Shown: piece after piece, positions 62,461 to 64,000 of the stretch
How the letters are laid out: each line of letters starts with the position of its first letter
Numbering within the stretch: position 1 is the first letter of the stretch
Position numbers and translations under genes: made by a program
DNA from: Glaucostegus cemiculus
Taxonomy: Eukaryota
NCBI GenBank assembly: GCA_976551045.1
Contig: CDPCPM010000007.1
Span: 16,802,001-16,866,000, forward strand
DNA length: 64,000 bases
Direction of reading: 5' to 3'
The notes under the pieces: model-generated
Seen by the model: the letters and a program-made list of their open reading frames with translations, nothing else
Told to the model about the DNA's origin: nothing
Database searches by the model: none

Positions 62461-64000
62461 CCAACCATTCCCCTGCTTTCAATTTACTGTCCTGCATTTG
62501 GTGTTCACAATATGGTCTCCTCTACATTGGAACAAACCACTCTGAACTGGTCACTTTTGTTGTAAATTATCCATCTGTAACATTGGCTCAATTTCTCTCT
62601 TCCATTAGCAGCTCTTCATCTCTATCAGATTACCAAAGCCCAACTCAACTCTCTTCTTTTCTGAAGTGCTTAGGATACCCCAAACTGTGAAAGATGGAAT
62701 ACAAATTCAAGTTTCAATACTTTTTTTCTATAATTCTCTGGATATCCTCTTTTTAAAATGGCAATCACATTGCAAACCTCAAATGGGCAGGCAGGCAATG
62801 AAAAGCCTAAACTATTTTTCACCCAAGCTGCAGAGTGAACCAAGCCTATTTCATTGCCAACTTGGTTCCCCATTTTTACATAGATCTGGAAAATTAAACA
62901 TTGGATGGAATAAACAAGCATAAAGACAAAGTTAGTTCAATTCCAATAATATTGCACATTGATTTAAATTAGGTGGGGAAACTTAAAGTCAGTTGGTGAG
63001 AAGCAAATTTGCAAGATTTCAAATTTGAAAAGGATTTTATATTTGTATCTTATTGAGTACAGGGCTGCATAATGACCACTGAGAACTGCACATTATTAGA
63101 TCATCCTTGCTAAAGGACAAGATGAGCAAAGAGACATCAAAACTAAAAGGCTCTTGGTGATTTTCATATTGTGAAAAGTTGAATTTACAAATCTATGACT
63201 AAATGAGTTTTGAATTCAATCTATATCACCAATGTTGTGAAAAATTAGCAACCCTGGAAAGTACAATTTTTACTTGGGCACTGCTCTACCTGGTAACTGG
63301 TCATCGACATTCATATTTTAAGACCTGGAAGCTCTTATGTATGAACATAACCTGATTAATTTTACTGCATACGTTAAAATTATCAAACATTAAAATGGAT
63401 CTATTGCTAAGGATTAAACAAGCTTTAAAAATATTTTGGAAGATATCATCCAACAGGTTGGGTTTGCAGCAGCATTGAAGTCAGACCAACAGGAGAGGCA
63501 CTGAGCTACAGATAAGTTCAGCATCATATGCCTGCACGTTCCATTGGAGGATATGGATAGACCAGTCAAATCAGTAAACAAGCTCTGGATGCAGATTGCC
63601 CACTTACCTTCTCAAAAGAAAAAGATCAGATTTGAAAAGTGATTAAAGACAATTTTAGGCTTTAATCATTTGAAATTTCAACCGAAGCTGCTTGCTTTCT
63701 TCCCCCCACTCATTTATCTCAAAGGTGTATTGACAAGTCAGTTTAAACCTAGTTGTCTTTAGGTCTTTTTTTAAAAAAACATTGAAGTCTCTTAATCTGC
63801 ATGGTTAATAATGCAAATAATGCACTAAATTCATCAAATTGATTGCACTGAAGTAAACTTTGCAGGATTGTTAATTTTGCCATTTAAAAAAAAACTTAAA
63901 GTACTCTAAGACAGCCATTATGTCAATTACCAACAATCCTTATTTGTTGAAAACTTCAGGCCAGAAAGGGTATCAGATACAAATTCAAATAATTCAACTA

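Noticed and set aside
58600-64000. Upstream CHD7 exon (exon 24 equivalent, VLLRVRMLYYL...)
   Set aside because: Not found by eye on the minus strand; presumably beyond the window end.

Overview
Eukaryotic (vertebrate) genomic DNA, most likely from a cartilaginous fish and probably a ray/sawfish-type batoid; this is inferred from the repeat complement and the CHD7 protein sequence. The minus strand carries the 3' part of the chromatin remodeler gene CHD7: 14 coding exons from 58571 to 24546, matching human exons 25-38 as I recall their sizes. All have GT-AG junctions with consistent phases (3778 nt, 1258 whole codons plus stop) and include both BRK domains; a 3' UTR follows. Positions ~1-22,500 are intergenic with no supportable host gene. 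The rest is transposon-derived: CR1 LINEs (several nested, one with an intact 5'-truncated RT ORF), a young Rex1/Babar LINE, decayed Penelope-like elements with hammerhead-like terminal motifs and palindromic derivatives, V-SINEs and Deu-type SINEs. I see no well-supported new multi-gene system. The most unusual structure is a ~215-bp copy of CHD7's own exon 26 end, whole intron 26 and most of exon 27, pasted into intron 25 inside a Penelope relic. It supplies decoy splice sites and a possible 90-nt in-frame cassette exon. Coordinates of decayed repeats are approximate and family names come from motif recognition, not database searches.
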